A stretch of DNA of 63,654 nt, counting the filler, from Octopus bimaculoides (taxonomy: Eukaryota), in NCBI RefSeq assembly GCF_001194135.2. It is 5 parts of 5 records of this genome, joined end to end, with 100 filler letters (N's around TTAATTAATTAA, not from the genome) between each part and the next. Parts side by side here need not be neighbours in the genome. Positions count along the whole stretch, not along the records: positions 62,529 to 63,654 come from NC_068988.1; 4 more parts are not named here. The stretch is one strand, 5' to 3'. Positions within the stretch are counted from its first letter, which is position 1, and each line of letters opens with the position of its first letter. Below, one piece after another: positions 63,206 to 63,654 of the stretch. The translations under genes and the position numbers were made by a program. Under the pieces are notes generated by a model. It was not told the origin of the DNA. It was given only the letters and a program-made list of their open reading frames with translations, and ran no database searches.

Positions 63206-63654
63206 TAACAACACATTCATGAACATTTTAACTAATGAAATTACATGAGGCTATTTTTACAATTAGAGAAAGTAGACTGTCGAGACTTGAACAAGCAAAA
63301 ATAAAATTTGAGGTAAGCACACAGTGCAACATATGTACACAAGCACTCAGTGCTCTCGAATTTTCACATAGCCCAACCTGTAATCAGGTACATCCGTGTG
63401 GGAAAAACTACGAAGCTATGGGAAATGATGGCAGCAAAGAAGAAACCTGAGACAACTTTTTCATTAGGTTTCAGTATTAAATTCAGTCTCTCCGTTAAAG
63501 TGCCCTTGCTCGTGTGCTAGTGTTTGCGTGTGTGTTTCTGTGGGTGTAATCATATTTGTACGCAGACTATATGTTTTCATAAACTGCAACTAAATAGAGC
63601 ACATAGCCATTAATATCAAAAACCTATCCTATATATATATATATATATATATAT

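Overview
This is AT-rich, microsatellite-dense eukaryotic DNA with many gaps. The SINE families and repeat landscape suggest an octopus (coleoid cephalopod) genome, which is an inference. No intact host protein-coding gene can be supported. The window is mostly decayed transposable elements: a Helitron Rep/helicase remnant, RTE LINE 3' ends, several RLE-type (R2/R4-group) retrotransposon fragments, Penelope-like (PLE) RT and GIY-YIG fragments, mariner and maT-type DNA transposons, a hAT MITE, and dozens of tRNA-derived SINEs. It also holds one full-length 5S rRNA-like copy. Four identical 100-bp 'N44-TTAATTAATTAA-N44' joins are artificial, so linkage across them is uncertain. The most interesting signal is a set of short repeats carrying minimal type I hammerhead ribozyme (HHR) folds. 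Family 1 has a canonical CUGAUGA/GAAA core in three copies, and one copy sits downstream of a Pol III tRNA-like head, giving a candidate hammerhead-bearing, PLE-mobilised SINE. Family 2 is a ~150-nt tandem/inverted unit with full hammerhead topology but a consistently non-canonical core (CAGUUGA). Coordinates of decayed repeats are approximate to about 10-20 nt. All family assignments come from motif recognition by eye, not from database searches.
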